From positions 43,666 through 69,764 of the forward strand of contig NIVC01003917.1 of assembly GCA_002269645.1 (NCBI GenBank): 26,099 nt of DNA, given 5' to 3'. The first letter of the stretch is position 1. Each line of letters opens with the position of its first letter. This document shows, in pieces, positions 20,104-26,099 of the stretch. The position numbers and the translations under genes were made by a program. Origin of the DNA: Macrostomum lignano. Taxonomy: Eukaryota. The notes beneath the pieces are model-generated. The model saw only the letters and a list, made by a program, of their open reading frames with translations, was not told the origin of the DNA and ran no database searches.

Positions 20104-20416
20104 TAAAAGAAATAAATGTGATTTAAAGATTTAAATCTATGTATTAGGTGTCTATAAAGTAAGGTAATATTGAGTGGAGAGCGCATTACTATAGTATGTA
20201 ATTTTTATTAAACTTTAACACTCGTAAAGCCCTTAGTTGCAACTGGTACCACACGGGTTCTCGAGGGCCGCTCTTGTGGGGGAGGGCTCGGGCGTCGGCT
20301 GTCAACTCGACCTGGCGCCTGTGTCCCAAGCCCGCAGCCGGCCTCCCGCCCCCTGATCTTGCAGAGTGTGGACCGGGGGCCTGCCGGAGCCTCGCCTGGG
20401 AGCAATCCTGGGATAA

Positions 20417-25294
<4,878 letters not shown>

Positions 25295-25604
25295 TCCTTG
25301 TGCTCTTTTACCTTGGGGTTGCGATAGGGGCCTCGCGGCCTATTCGCGGCGCCTGCGCCCCCCGTCAGTAGTAAGTAAGTAAGTAACACTCGTAAATACG
25401 AGTACATGTAAGTTAATGTGGATGAAATGCAAACATGGGCGATCTTCAACGGAAAACATTCGGCAGGCAACTTTTGTACTCCCGAAAGGAACGCGTCTTT
25501 TCAGCTCGTTCCTAATTTCCTACACATGCAATGCCAGTCCGCTCTATATTATATTCTATCCGCAATCATAGAATCCACCTGCACGGCTAGTCGTCGAGGG
25601 AATC

Positions 25605-26099
25605 ATGGCTACACCGGAAGAAACAGCATCTTCACCATCGGATCCAGTGGACGAGCGCAGAGGAGAGAGCCGGCCTTTGGTGACCGATAAAGAGCCGCTG
25701 TCTGCTGCGCTTGCTGCGCCTGCTGCAGTCCCGGTGCCTCGACGCTTGCGAACAAAGCTCCAACTCGACAGCTCAGCTAGGACTCGCGTCATCGCCATCG
25801 GCGCTGTCTGGGGCCTCCTGAGCGGCGTGGAGCGGGCCATCATTTTGCCCACACTCTGGTTGTACTTTTACACCAAGTTCGACATGTCGGCTGCCGTGCA
25901 GTTCTACGGCGCTACTTGGCAGCATTCAACATATCGTCACTGTTCTGCACTCCCATGTACGGTTGGATTGCTCAGCAGGGCTACATCCGGGTCAAACTGC
26001 TGCTAATCATAGCTAACAGCTGGAGATTGCTGGCAACCTCATCTACTTTGTTGCGCCTATCCCTGGCTGGTGTTTCTCGGCCGATTTGTGGCCGGAGCG
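25605..26099 (+). CDS. MFS transporter, MFSD8/CLN7-like, N-terminal part (runs off the window; three frameshifts in this sequence)
   Basis: Repaired reading gives four TM segments: ...GLLSGVERAIILPTLWLYF...FYGATLAAFNISSLFCTPMYGWIA...LLLIIANSLEIAGNLIYFVAPIPWLVFLGRFVAGA with the MFS TM4 GRxxxG motif; each break (25916-17, 26020-21, 26061-63) needs one extra base. Confidence 0.8.

Overview
Eukaryotic (invertebrate) genomic DNA with spliceosomal introns. The style (very GC-rich exons, satellite-filled introns, an RTE family I recall from Macrostomum lignano proteins) suggests a free-living flatworm, but that is inference. Left to right: (1) 3' part of a tau/MAP2-family gene on + with six KXGS microtubule-binding repeats, almost one per exon (four exactly 90-nt phase-0 exons), a GC-AG intron, two probable micro-exons and a different tandem repeat in most introns; (2) a TE-rich spacer with an unclassified GC-rich element, a tRNA-derived CORE-SINE and a deleted RTE fragment; (3) a three-coding-exon SERBP1/HABP4/vig-family gene on - (about 670 aa) with an expanded RGG tandem repeat; (4) two candidate exons of an unidentified gene, two MITEs and a second SINE copy; (5) a full-length 5155-bp LOA-like non-LTR retrotransposon with a 13-bp TSD, TAATG stop-start coupling and a twister-like motif in its 5' UTR, probably inside the first intron of (6) an MFSD8-like MFS transporter that runs off the window. 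Five single-base shortfalls in the last 3.3 kb look like long-read consensus errors. No CRISPR, rRNA or true tRNA genes were found.
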